A DNA stretch of 64,000 nt. Origin: Pseudomonadota bacterium (GTDB lineage: Bacteria > Pseudomonadota > Alphaproteobacteria > Caulobacterales > Caulobacteraceae). Positions 20,694-30,198 of this stretch are shown here, in pieces. The DNA lies in contig JBFLWS010000004.1 in NCBI GenBank assembly GCA_040757715.1, forward strand, positions 62,959 to 126,958, read 5' to 3'. The stretch's first letter is position 1. Each line of letters starts with the position of its first letter. The notes under the pieces were generated by a model. That model made no database searches and was not told where the DNA came from. It saw only the letters and a list, made by a program, of their open reading frames with translations. Position numbers and translations under genes: made by a program.

Positions 20694-21023
20694 CTACTCG
20701 TTGCGCGCCAGCCCCGGCGAGGCGACTCCATTTCCACCGTCGTGACGGTGGATTGGTGGGATCTCGTCGCCGAAACCGGGCGGCGGCGTGGCTTCCAACA
20801 ACTCTGCGAATTCACCAAGGCTGAGGCGCGTGGCCGTCAGCACCTTGGCCAGACTTTCCGTCGATGGCCACCGCGGGCGCGGCGGACGGTCATTGGAAAG
20901 GCGCTTCGACTTGTTGAAGCTGGTGGGCTCGAGTCCCGACAACTTTGCGAGACCGGAAGGACTCAAGCCTTTGGCCGCTGCTAAGCGATCGAGAGCGTTC
21001 CAAAGGTCGGCATGGCTAAACAT
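20694..21023 (-). CDS. XRE/CI-type helix-turn-helix protein, HTH domain only
   Basis: Start re-called at MFSHADLWNALDRLAAAKGLSPSGLAKLSGLEPTSFNKSKR (ATG 21021-21023), a phage-repressor-like HTH. The ORF track extends to 21146 through unlikely sequence. Confidence 0.6.
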   Translation of the reverse strand: MFSHADLWNALDRLAAAKGLSPSGLAKLSGLEPTSFNKSKRLSNDRPPRPRWPSTESLAKVLTATRLSLGEFAELLEATPPPGFGDEIPPIHRHDGGNGVASPGLARNE

Positions 21024-21035
21024 GGCGACATGATC

Positions 21036-21051
21036 CGTTTTTGACTGCGTC
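21036..21051. repeat. copy 1 of a 16-bp direct repeat, CGTTTTTGACTGCGTC
   Basis: 15 of 16 positions identical to the copy at 21118-21133. Lies 13 nt upstream of the HTH gene start, in the divergent spacer toward tldD. Confidence 0.6.
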
Positions 21052-21117
21052 CCGCGCGCGAAGATGGGGACCGGTGGATACACAAGGTCGTCTGAAACGA
21101 CCCAAAATACAATCACA

Positions 21118-21133
21118 CGTTTTTCACTGCGTC
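21118..21133. repeat. copy 2 of the 16-bp direct repeat, CGTTTTTCACTGCGTC
   Basis: 15 of 16 positions identical to 21036-21051, with 82 bp start-to-start spacing. Confidence 0.6.
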
Positions 21134-21588
21134 GTGTAGTGGACAACTCTCGCGACGTCTACGACCTTAAGACGCGTCAGCCGCGTAATTTCCGTAATCT
21201 GAAGAAAAATTTGATCGCTTGCGCCAATGTAGGCCTGCCGACCAAACTCCTTCGTCTGATTACGGAACATTCGACGATCGCAAATCCTGCAAGCTCTTGA
21301 GCTCACAGACGTTTCGATCTCCACTAGCCTCGCCCCTCAGAAGGCTGAAGCGTAAGAAATGAGCCCCCGCGAGGTGCTGGACGTAGCGTCGAGTTGGAAT
21401 CTGCTCGTATATCCAAGCGCGCTCGTCGCCGTCGCCAACAGGACCACGGAAATTCGCTTCTCGCCTTCGACCACCCCCTCGACTATGTTTCTTATTCTCA
21501 AATACACCTATGAGTCGCTTTATAGCAAGTCTCTTGCGTTCGACGTGGCGGATTGCGTTCACGGGGTTGGCTTCCCACATGGAGCAGC

Positions 21589-23019
21589 ATGACATCGCCC
21601 CACGTCGCCCAATCCATCCTTGAAACCTCCGGCGTCGCTTCCAGCAAGGCGCAGGGATTGTTAGAGGAGGCGACGCATGGCGCCGATGATGGAGAACTTT
21701 ATCTCGAGCGCTCAGAGAGCGAGGCCCTCGCCTTTGATGACGGCCGTCTCAAGGCCGCCAACTTTGACGTGACAGAAGGATTCGGCCTGCGCGTGGTGGC
21801 CGGCGAGACGGCGGGCTTCGCGCACGCCGCCGAAATATCCACGGCGTCCATCGAGCGGGCGGGGCAAGCGGCGGCTCTAGCCAAGCGCGGTCGCGCGGGT
21901 GTGGCCGCTGACGCCCCTCGTGCGACTAATCGGGCGCTTTACGGCGACGATGACCCCTTGGCCGCGCCTGATTTTGCTGAAAAAATCGCGTTGTTGCAGG
22001 AAATCGACGCCTACGCGCGCGCGCGCGATCCGCGGGTGGTTCAGGTGTCCGCCAATCTGGTGGCCGAGCGGCGACAGATCGAGATCCTTCGCGCCGACGG
22101 CCGGGTGGTGCGTGATGTGCGGCCCCTGGTGCGGGTCGGCGTCGCCGTCACCGTCGAGCACAACGGACGGCGCGAGGGCGGGCATTCGGGCTGCGGCGGT
22201 CGGGCCGGGTTTCAGGCCTGGATCACCCCGCAGCGCTGGCAGGCGGAAGTGGAGGAGGCCTTGCGCATCGCCCTCGTCAATCTCGATGCGCGGCCCTGTC
22301 CCGCCGGCGAGATGGATGTTGTGCTAGCCAATGGGTGGAACGGCGTTCTGCTGCACGAAGCCGTGGGTCACGGTCTCGAGGGCGACTTCAATCGCAAGGG
22401 CATATCCGCCTTTTCAGGAAGGATCGGCGAGCGCGTGGCCGCGCCGGGCGTTACGGTTGTCGACGACGGCTCCATCCCAGGACGGCGCGGCTCGCTCACC
22501 GTGGACGACGAAGGCACCCCCACCGAACGGACGGTGCTGATCGAGGACGGGATATTGGTGGGCTACATGCACGATCGCATGAGCGCTCGCCTTATGGGTC
22601 AGACGCCTACGGGCAATGGTCGGCGAGAGTCCTACGCCTGCCTGCCCATGCCTCGCATGACCAACACGGCCATGTTGGGCGGAACCGCCAAGCGCGAAGA
22701 GATGATCGCCTCCACCAAACGTGGACTCTATTGCGCCAGTCTCGGCGGTGGACAGGTGGACATCACCAACGGCAAGTTCGTGTTCCAGTGCACGGAGGCC
22801 TATCTCATCGAGGATGGCAAGCTGGGCGCCCCGGTGAAGGGCGCTACCCTCATCGGCGACGGTCCCACCGTGCTGACGAAGATTTCCGCTATCGGTGATG
22901 ACTTCGCCTTCGACCCCGGCGTCGGCGTGTGCGGGAAATCCGGACAGGGCGTCCCTGTCGGGGTGGGCCAACCTTCGCTGAAGATCGGCGGCCTCACGGT
23001 GGGCGGCACCGAGCTCTGA
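21589..23019 (+). CDS. tldD: metalloprotease TldD
   Basis: PmbA/TldD family blocks (...ADDGELYLERSESEAL..., HEAVGHGLEGD, GLTVGG C-terminus). Start re-called at MTSPHVAQ (21589), with GGAG upstream. Confidence 0.9.
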   Translation: MTSPHVAQSILETSGVASSKAQGLLEEATHGADDGELYLERSESEALAFDDGRLKAANFDVTEGFGLRVVAGETAGFAHAAEISTASIERAGQAAALAKRGRAGVAADAPRATNRALYGDDDPLAAPDFAEKIALLQEIDAYARARDPRVVQVSANLVAERRQIEILRADGRVVRDVRPLVRVGVAVTVEHNGRREGGHSGCGGRAGFQAWITPQRWQAEVEEALRIALVNLDARPCPAGEMDVVLANGWNGVLLHEAVGHGLEGDFNRKGISAFSGRIGERVAAPGVTVVDDGSIPGRRGSLTVDDEGTPTERTVLIEDGILVGYMHDRMSARLMGQTPTGNGRRESYACLPMPRMTNTAMLGGTAKREEMIASTKRGLYCASLGGGQVDITNGKFVFQCTEAYLIEDGKLGAPVKGATLIGDGPTVLTKISAIGDDFAFDPGVGVCGKSGQGVPVGVGQPSLKIGGLTVGGTEL

Positions 23020-23029
23020 TCAGAGCCGA

Positions 23030-24907
23030 CTAGACGGTTTCCGTCACCTCGTCGGCGCCATGGCTCCAGTGCTTGACCCAGCGGCTGATGACGAGGAAGC
23101 CGACACCCACCGCCACGCCCACGGCTCCGATGACCTGAAACACGCTTTCCGCTGTCAGGAGCGACTGATGGGGATCGAGCACCTGACCGCCCACCGTATT
23201 GGAGCCGGTAAGGGTCGCGATATGTCCACCGATGAACTCCGCCCAAGACAGGGACAGAAACCAGACGGCCATCATGGTGGAGATGAGCAAAGGCGGCGCG
23301 AGTTTGGTGATCTGGCTCATCCCGACCGGAGACAGGGAAAGTTCGCCCGTCGTGTGCAGCAGATAGGCGAAGGCGAGGAACGCCATGGGCACCTTGAAAT
23401 CAGGCCCAACGTAACTAGCCCCCCACACCAAAATCAGGAACCCAAGGCCGACCTGGATGAGGGCGAGACCAAACTTCACGAGGGGGTTTGGATCCAACCG
23501 CCGCCGCCGAAGCGCGGTCCATAAGCCGGCGAATACCGGTGCGAACATCAGCAGGAAGCCGGGATTGAGCGACTGCGTCTGTCCGGCCGAGGTGGCGGTG
23601 TCGAGCCACCACGTTGAATCGGGGTCCAACCCCGCAGCCAACATCTGCGCCTTATCGCCGATGAATAACCTATGGCCCAAGAGTTCGACTTGAGCTGAAC
23701 TCGGCCACAGGTTCAACACGACGTTGCGCTCAGCGAACAGATTGAGCGAACTTCCCGCTTGCTCGAACAGGGTCCAGAAAACCGTAGAGCCGGCGATCAG
23801 GATCAACGCCAGGAACAACCGTTCGCGCTCGACCTTGCCGCCCTTCGTGAAAGCGTAGCGCCCCACATAGGCCAGCACCGCAACAGAAGAAATCCCAAGC
23901 AGCCAGCCCACCAGCGCGTTCTGGCGCACCAGGAAAAACACTACCGCCACGCCGGCTAGCCCCGCCGCGTAAATAATATTCTCCAGATTGAGCGGGCCCA
24001 GGATCGGCTTGGCCAAGGCCTTCGCGTCCGGCGGCTCCCCGTGGCCCATCAGGAGGGGTCTGCCGACAACGAAAACGACGAATCCCGCCAGCATTCCAAG
24101 TCCTGCCAGACCAAATCCGGCATACCAGCCAACGTTTTCCCCCAGCCAGGTGCAGAGCAGCCCAGCCGAGAAGGAGCCTAGATTGATGCCATAATAGTAG
24201 AGCGTGAACCCAGAATCTCGGCGAGGATCGTTTTGTGGATAGAGTTGCCCCACCAGTGAAGAGATGTTGGCCTTCAAGAAGCCAACTCCCATGACAATTA
24301 GAGAAACCGCGAGATAAAAGAAGTTGGTGTAGGTGGGGTCCTGTTTAAGAACCGAGAGACTATATGCGCCTTTGGGCAATTCGGGCGGAAGCGGCGCCGC
24401 GGAGGGCAGGTTTCGGATTTGGATGCCGCCGTCTGCACTGGCGCCAAAGCTGTAACCGCGATCGGCGACCATGATCTTGCGCGAGGCGAGGCTGCCGCGT
24501 CCCTCGGCACGTACTTCGTATTGATGACCTTGGTAAGTCAGCACCTGCTGGGCGGGCTTGCCCTCCACCGCCATCGTCAGGTGTCCAGCCACCAACAGGA
24601 GCGCCCCAAAGGCTATGGCCTTGCGCGTGCCGATATATCGGTCAGCCACGACGCCGCCGATCAGCGGCAATAGATATACAAGCGTTGTATAGGAGCCGTA
24701 CTGCGCGGTCGCCTGCGCATCTGAAAACAAAAATTGTTCCGTGAGATAGAATATCAAGATTCCGCGCATGCCGTAGAAGGAAAATCGCTCCCACATTTCC
24801 GCGAAAAACAAGATAAATAATCCGCGCGGATGCCGCCGGAGCTGAAGTAAGACCGGAACACTAGAAAGCGCCGCAATAAAAATGCCGGCGAAAATAACCA
24901 GATTCAT
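23030..24907 (-). CDS. POT/PTR2 family di-/tripeptide:proton symporter (MFS), long form
   Basis: PTR2 signature FAEMWERFSFYGMRGILIFYL with many TM segments. Start re-called at MNLVIFAG (24905-24907). The ORF reaches 25003 with a TTG start. Confidence 0.82.
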   Translation of the reverse strand: MNLVIFAGIFIAALSSVPVLLQLRRHPRGLFILFFAEMWERFSFYGMRGILIFYLTEQFLFSDAQATAQYGSYTTLVYLLPLIGGVVADRYIGTRKAIAFGALLLVAGHLTMAVEGKPAQQVLTYQGHQYEVRAEGRGSLASRKIMVADRGYSFGASADGGIQIRNLPSAAPLPPELPKGAYSLSVLKQDPTYTNFFYLAVSLIVMGVGFLKANISSLVGQLYPQNDPRRDSGFTLYYYGINLGSFSAGLLCTWLGENVGWYAGFGLAGLGMLAGFVVFVVGRPLLMGHGEPPDAKALAKPILGPLNLENIIYAAGLAGVAVVFFLVRQNALVGWLLGISSVAVLAYVGRYAFTKGGKVERERLFLALILIAGSTVFWTLFEQAGSSLNLFAERNVVLNLWPSSAQVELLGHRLFIGDKAQMLAAGLDPDSTWWLDTATSAGQTQSLNPGFLLMFAPVFAGLWTALRRRRLDPNPLVKFGLALIQVGLGFLILVWGASYVGPDFKVPMAFLAFAYLLHTTGELSLSPVGMSQITKLAPPLLISTMMAVWFLSLSWAEFIGGHIATLTGSNTVGGQVLDPHQSLLTAESVFQVIGAVGVAVGVGFLVISRWVKHWSHGADEVTETV

Positions 24908-25115
24908 TGCTGCGTATCCCGCAGCGACTTGCCCGTGTGCACGATTATTTCCTCCGCGACCATTATCGTCACGTCGCGGCGGAGCGACGATCCGAACCGG
25001 CAATTAATTCCAACGATTGGTAACGCGTCGAGGTTAATACGACTGAAATACGACGCAATATGCCCCCGATTCCCGCGGTCGCGCGCAAAATCAGACCGGG
25101 GCGAGGGCCGTCCCG

Positions 25116-26573
25116 TCAGTAGTCGGCTACGTCGAACACACCGGTGGCGTCGCCGCGCCATGCGCCGTGATATAGCTCCAGCAAGCGCTCTGCGGCGGTC
25201 ACGCCCGACTCCGCAATCGCTTGGATCGGTGCGAGATAAGCGCTCTCATCGCGGCCGTTTGCGTCAAGCAAGGCTCGCCGCGCCAATCCCCGGTTGGCGA
25301 TCTCCAGAAGGTCTAGCGCCACTGCTTGCAAGGTCCGCCCGTTCACCTGCGCCTTAAGCCCCAGACGCGCGGCGTCGAGCCTCAAGGCGTGACGTTGTTC
25401 GGCCGTCCAATCCTGCGCCAAGGCCCAGGCCTCATCGAGCGCGATTGTGTCGTAAAGCACCCCGGCCCAGACGGCAGGCAAGGCGAGCAGGTGTTCGAGA
25501 GACCCGCAGTCCGCGCCGCGCATCTCAAGATAGGATTTCAGCCTCACTTCCGGGAAAAGCGTCGTGAGATGATCGGCCCAGTCCTTCGCCTGCGGGCGTT
25601 CACCAGGACGCTCCGCAAGCTCGCCAGCGAGAAAGCTGCGGAAGGATCGACCCGACAGGTCGACATACTTCCCATCGCGCTTGATGAAATACATGGGCAC
25701 ATCGAGGGCGTACTCGACGTAGGTTTCGTAGCCGAACCCGTCCTGAAACACGAAGTCCAGCAATCCCGTCCGATCCGGATCAGTGTCGGTCCAAACCCGC
25801 GCGCGGGTAGACAGCCACCCGGTGGGCTTGCCTTCCACAAACGGCGAATTGGCGAACAGGGCGGTGATCACCGGCTGCAAAGCCAGGCTCACCCTGAACT
25901 TTTTCACCATGTCGGCTTCGGAGCTGAAGTCGAGATTGGCCTGCACTGTGCAGGTCCGCAGCATCATATCGAGGCCGAGACCGCCGACCTTCGGCATGTA
26001 GCCGCGCATGATGTCATAGCGCCCCTTGGGCATGATCGGGGTCTCCGCGCGGGTCCAGACCGGCGAATGACCCAGGCCGAGGAAGCCGATGCCGAGGGCG
26101 CCGCCAACATCCGCTACTTCGGCGAGGTGCCGTTCCGTCTCGTCGCGAATGTCGTGGATGCTGCGCAAGGGCGCGCCGGACAATTCGAACTGGCCGCCCG
26201 GTTCAAGACTGATGTTTTCGGCGAAACCCTCGTCATTGCGCCGCTCCAGCCCGATCAGGGTTTCGCCGCCGTCATGGCCCGTCTCAGAGACGTCGCTCCA
26301 CCCAAACCGCTTCAGTCCCAGCAACAGCGCATGGATGCCGGCGGGGCCGTCATAGGCGACCGGCGAAAGATCGCGGCGATGGAACCCAAATTTCTCGTGC
26401 TCGGCGCCGATGCGATAGGCGCTTGCCGGCTTTTCTCCCCGCGCCAGATGGGCGGCCAGGTCGGCGCGCTCGAGCGGTCTTTCGTCCAAAGCGCAGTCGG
26501 CCACACGAGGTCTCCGGCTTTCCGTAGCGGAAGCTAAGCCACGGTCCTGCCGCATTAGCGCGGCCAAGGGCAC
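25116..26573 (-). CDS. gshA: glutamate--cysteine ligase (plant/alphaproteobacterial GCS2 type)
   Basis: The stretch ...YRIGAEHEKFGF...GGQFELSGAPL... is characteristic of GCS2-family GshA. The exact start (26573 or the Met at 26555) is uncertain. Confidence 0.85.
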   Translation of the reverse strand: MPLAALMRQDRGLASATESRRPRVADCALDERPLERADLAAHLARGEKPASAYRIGAEHEKFGFHRRDLSPVAYDGPAGIHALLLGLKRFGWSDVSETGHDGGETLIGLERRNDEGFAENISLEPGGQFELSGAPLRSIHDIRDETERHLAEVADVGGALGIGFLGLGHSPVWTRAETPIMPKGRYDIMRGYMPKVGGLGLDMMLRTCTVQANLDFSSEADMVKKFRVSLALQPVITALFANSPFVEGKPTGWLSTRARVWTDTDPDRTGLLDFVFQDGFGYETYVEYALDVPMYFIKRDGKYVDLSGRSFRSFLAGELAERPGERPQAKDWADHLTTLFPEVRLKSYLEMRGADCGSLEHLLALPAVWAGVLYDTIALDEAWALAQDWTAEQRHALRLDAARLGLKAQVNGRTLQAVALDLLEIANRGLARRALLDANGRDESAYLAPIQAIAESGVTAAERLLELYHGAWRGDATGVFDVADY

Positions 26574-26579
26574 ATAAGG

Positions 26580-27356
26580 CTAGCTTGATGACGACTCAAG
26601 GCCCGCCCAGTCGCCGAGGCGCGCCTGCCACAGCGCCATGGCGGCGATCGCGGCGGTGTCCGCGCGCAATATGCGAGGCCCAAGGCTGGCGGGAACGACC
26701 CACTCGAGGGCGCGCAGTTGATCGCGCTCCTCCAGGGTAAAGCCGCCTTCGGGACCGATCAGCACCGCAAACGGCGCGCCAGGCGCCAAGCTCGCCAAGG
26801 CTTCCAGGGCGGGGGGCGCGCGACCGTTCGGCCCGCCCCAGGCTTTGGATTGATCGTCGCCCTGTTCGTCACAGAACAACAGACGCCGGTCTTGAGGTGC
26901 ATTGATCATGGCGTCGAGCTTAACTGGAGCAATGATCTTCGGCGCATCAAGGCGCCCCGTTTGCTCGGCCGCTTCGATCGCGATCGCTTGCAAGCGTTCC
27001 ACATTGACCCGTTCGGCGTTGGTGCGACGCGTGAGGACGAGCCGCACACGCCGCACGCCCAACTCAGCAGCCTTTTCGACGATGGTCTCCAGCCGAGACC
27101 GTTTCACCAGGGCGATCCACAGCTCTAGGTCCGGTGTTGCTTGCTGTTCACGGACCTTTTCAAGAATTTCTAGCGCAGCCTGGCGCTTCCCCAACACAGC
27201 GAGGCGCGCGCGCCATTCTCCATCCTCACCGTTGAACACCAAGACTTCCGCGCCCGCGTTAAGGCGCATGACATTGATGAGATAGTGCTGCTGTTCGGGG
27301 GTCGCCAGCAGCGACTGATCTTTTGACAGGGGCTCTGTTACATAAAGACGGATCAT
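26580..27356 (-). CDS. rsmE: 16S rRNA (uracil1498-N3)-methyltransferase
   Basis: N-terminus MIRLYV...HYLINVMRL and C-terminal LIGPEGGF...E...LGPRILRADTA SPOUT knot motifs. Confidence 0.85.
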   Translation of the reverse strand: MIRLYVTEPLSKDQSLLATPEQQHYLINVMRLNAGAEVLVFNGEDGEWRARLAVLGKRQAALEILEKVREQQATPDLELWIALVKRSRLETIVEKAAELGVRRVRLVLTRRTNAERVNVERLQAIAIEAAEQTGRLDAPKIIAPVKLDAMINAPQDRRLLFCDEQGDDQSKAWGGPNGRAPPALEALASLAPGAPFAVLIGPEGGFTLEERDQLRALEWVVPASLGPRILRADTAAIAAMALWQARLGDWAGLESSSS

Positions 27357-27477
27357 ATTCGTGGGATCTATTCTAGTTCGGCTCGATGAGGTGAGGCTTT
27401 GCCGCGTCGCGGCGGTAACGCGCCGTCAACTTTAAACCCCGATACTTTTATCTCGATCTCTGTCCAATGCCCCCGCC

Positions 27478-28038
27478 ATGGTTGTAGAAAGGCGCTGCAG
27501 GCCCATGAAACAATGCGGTTCGTGCAACCTGTGCTGTAAGGTGGTCGAGGCGCCGTCCATCAACAAGGCGGCCGGCGAATGGTGCCCTTACGCCAAGCTG
27601 GGCCCTGGCTGCTTCGTCTATCGAAATCTGCCGCACGAATGCAAGGCGTTCAGTTGCATGTGGCTGGAAGTGGACGCTCTCGGCCCCCACTGGAAACCCG
27701 ACAAGGCCCGCTTCGTGCTGCACAACGAGCCCGACCGAGGCTTGGTCGTGCACGTGGACTCCACCGCCCCCAACGCCTGGCGCAAGCCCCCCTACTACGA
27801 GACCATCAAGGCCTGGTCGAAGATGGTGGAGGCCGGCAAGGGGCAGGTGATCGTGGTGGCGGGCAACGTCGCCCACGCCATCTTCCCCGCTGACGACGTG
27901 TTCATCGGCGTAGTGGAGCGTGAGGACAAGGTGAAGCTGGACTACAAGCTCGAAGGCAAGACCCGGCGGCCGCGAGCGGTCGTCACCACCCCCGCCGGCC
28001 TCGTCACTGAATATGCGGGCAAGGCGGTGGCCGCTTAA
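27478..28038 (+). CDS. YkgJ-family cysteine-cluster (CxxCxxCC) protein
   Basis: CGSCNLCC followed by WCPY...GCFVY...CKAFSCMW. An alternative start is MKQCGSC at 27505. Confidence 0.6.
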   Translation: MVVERRCRPMKQCGSCNLCCKVVEAPSINKAAGEWCPYAKLGPGCFVYRNLPHECKAFSCMWLEVDALGPHWKPDKARFVLHNEPDRGLVVHVDSTAPNAWRKPPYYETIKAWSKMVEAGKGQVIVVAGNVAHAIFPADDVFIGVVEREDKVKLDYKLEGKTRRPRAVVTTPAGLVTEYAGKAVAA

Positions 28039-28060
28039 TCACGGCCTCCGCCCCTCGACA

Positions 28061-30109
28061 TCACCAGATGTGCACGCGGTCCGTCGGGGCCACGTAGAGC
28101 TTTTCGCCCGGCTTCACGTCGAAGGCCGAGTACCACAGGTCAATATTGCGCACGACGCCGTCCACCCGGGCTTCGGCGGGAGAATGCGGATCCGTGTGCA
28201 GCTGTTGGCGCAGCGCTTCGTCGCGAATCTTCTGCCGCCACACCTGCGCCCAGCCCAAAAACACCCGCTGGTCGCCGGTGAAGCCGTCGATCACCGGCGC
28301 CGGCTGACCCTTCAGCGAATTATGGTAGGCCTCAAGGGCGATATTCAGCCCGCCCATGTCGCCGATGTTCTCACCCATGGTGAGATCGCCGTTGATGTGC
28401 TCGCCCGGCAGCATCTCCATGGCGCTATACTGCGACCCCAGCGCCTTGGTCTTCGTCTTGAATTTGGCGGCGTCCTCAGCAGTCCACCAGTCGTGCAAGC
28501 GACCAGAGCCGTCGGATTTGCGGCCCTGATCGTCGAAGCCGTGACTGATCTCATGACCGATCACCCCGCCGATGCCGCCGTAGTTCACGGCCGGGTCGGC
28601 CTTGGGATCAAAGAACGGCGGCTGCAGGATCGCTGCCGGGAACACGATTTCGTTCAGCACGGGGTTGTAGTAGGCGTTTACGGTCTGGGGCGTCATACCC
28701 CACTCGCTGCGGTCCACCGGCTTGTAGAGACGCGCCAGCTCGCGGCGGTATTCGAATTCCTCGCCGCGGATCACGTTGCCGTAGAGATCGTCCGCGCGAA
28801 CGCTCAAGGCGGAATAGTCGCGGAACTTGTCCGGATAGCCGATCTTCAGGCTGATCTTGCCGAGCTTGTCCAAGGCTTGGGTCTTGGTTTCGGGGCTCAT
28901 CCAGTCGAGACGCTGAATGCGCGCGGCCAGGGCGGAGCGGACATTGCCCACCAATTCCAGCATCTGTCGCTTGGCTTCCGGTGGGAAAAAGCGCGCCACA
29001 TAGACCTCGCCCACCGCTTCGCCGAGCGCCCCATTCGTGGCCGCCACTGCACGCTTCCAGCGCGGGCGAAGCTCCGGCTGACCTGACAGGGTCTTGCCAT
29101 GGAATTCGAAGTGCGCCTGAACGAAGCGATCGGGGAGGTAGGGCGCGGCCTGATCGGCCACACCGAACGCCTCCCAGGCCTTCAAGGTCTCGATGGGCGT
29201 CTCGGCGAAGATCTTGGCCTTCTTGGGGAAGGCGGTGTTGTCGGACACAACCACGCGCTTGACCTCGGACAGGCTGTGCGCGGCCAAATAGGCTTTGAAG
29301 TCGAAGCCCGGTGCGTAGGCGGCGAGCTCTGCGGGGGTCATCGGGTTGTAGGTCTTGTCACGGTCGCGACGTTCGGCCCGGTCCCAGCTCGCCTCGGCGA
29401 GCTTGGTCTCGAAGGCGATGATGTCGGCGGCGCGGGCTTCAGGTTCGGGCCAGCCGATCAGGCCGAGCATCTTGGCCACATAGGCCTGGTAAGCCGCCTT
29501 CTTCTCGGCGAAGGACGGCTTTAGATAGTAGTCCTTGTCGGGCAAACTCAGGCCTAAGGAAACAACGCCCACAGCGTAGTGGTCGGGATCCTTTTCGTCG
29601 GGATCGATGTAGGCCACGAACAACTCTTTCCGGAAGCCGTCGATCTCGCCGGTAAGCCTTGCGAGATCGGCATGGGTCTTCACCGCCCGCACGGCGGCGA
29701 GGTCCTTCTCCAGTGGCTTGGTTCCAAGCGCCTCGACCTTCGCGTCGTCCATGAAAGCCTTGTAGAAGCGGCCGACCTTGCCGGCCGGCGTGCTTTCCGG
29801 ATCTGACCGCGCCGCTGCGCCCTCAAGAATGGCCCGCACCCGCGCTTCCGACAGCACGGACAGCGCGTCGAAATTGCCAAATCGGGTGCGGTCGCTGGGG
29901 ATTGTCGTGCGCGCAAGATAGGCGCCGTTGGCGTAGCGGAAGAAGTCGTCGCCCGGCTTCACCTTGGGGTCCATGCCGGAGATGTCGAAGCCCCAGGTCC
30001 CGTAATGGGGCGTTTCCAGGTTTGGAGCGTCGGCGGCGGATACTGGCGAGCCAAGCATGGCGGCCGCGCATAAGACGACCGCGGAGGCGGCGGCGAAAAG
30101 AGACTTCAT
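28061..30109 (-). CDS. M13 family zinc metallopeptidase (PepO/endothelin-converting-enzyme-like), secreted
   Basis: HEISHGFDDQG (HExxH), NAYYNP and GENIGDMGG motifs. The signal peptide is MKSLFAAASAVVLCAAAMLGSPVSA. The start could be two codons upstream at 30115. Confidence 0.9.
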   Translation of the reverse strand: MKSLFAAASAVVLCAAAMLGSPVSAADAPNLETPHYGTWGFDISGMDPKVKPGDDFFRYANGAYLARTTIPSDRTRFGNFDALSVLSEARVRAILEGAAARSDPESTPAGKVGRFYKAFMDDAKVEALGTKPLEKDLAAVRAVKTHADLARLTGEIDGFRKELFVAYIDPDEKDPDHYAVGVVSLGLSLPDKDYYLKPSFAEKKAAYQAYVAKMLGLIGWPEPEARAADIIAFETKLAEASWDRAERRDRDKTYNPMTPAELAAYAPGFDFKAYLAAHSLSEVKRVVVSDNTAFPKKAKIFAETPIETLKAWEAFGVADQAAPYLPDRFVQAHFEFHGKTLSGQPELRPRWKRAVAATNGALGEAVGEVYVARFFPPEAKRQMLELVGNVRSALAARIQRLDWMSPETKTQALDKLGKISLKIGYPDKFRDYSALSVRADDLYGNVIRGEEFEYRRELARLYKPVDRSEWGMTPQTVNAYYNPVLNEIVFPAAILQPPFFDPKADPAVNYGGIGGVIGHEISHGFDDQGRKSDGSGRLHDWWTAEDAAKFKTKTKALGSQYSAMEMLPGEHINGDLTMGENIGDMGGLNIALEAYHNSLKGQPAPVIDGFTGDQRVFLGWAQVWRQKIRDEALRQQLHTDPHSPAEARVDGVVRNIDLWYSAFDVKPGEKLYVAPTDRVHIW

Positions 30110-30198
30110 GGCCATCCCATCAATTGGAAGGCGCGCACCATCGCGTAATTCCATCGATGGGCGACATTAAACTTTATTAATGGGACCGAAGGCCTGAA

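Noticed and set aside
21124-21595. ORFs 21260-21595 (-), 21124-21324 (-), 21064-21300 (+) and 21359-21592 (+) in the AT-rich spacer, considered as real genes.
   Set aside because: They mutually overlap, have no Shine-Dalgarno or recognisable motif, and lie in different frames. They are reported only as a possible decayed remnant in the findings, not as CDS features.
25034-25054. TAATACGACT, identical to the first 10 nt of the phage T7 promoter.
   Set aside because: The remaining positions (GAAATACGAC versus CACTATAGGG) do not match. It is better explained as part of the AATACGAC direct repeat. There is no phage RNA polymerase context.
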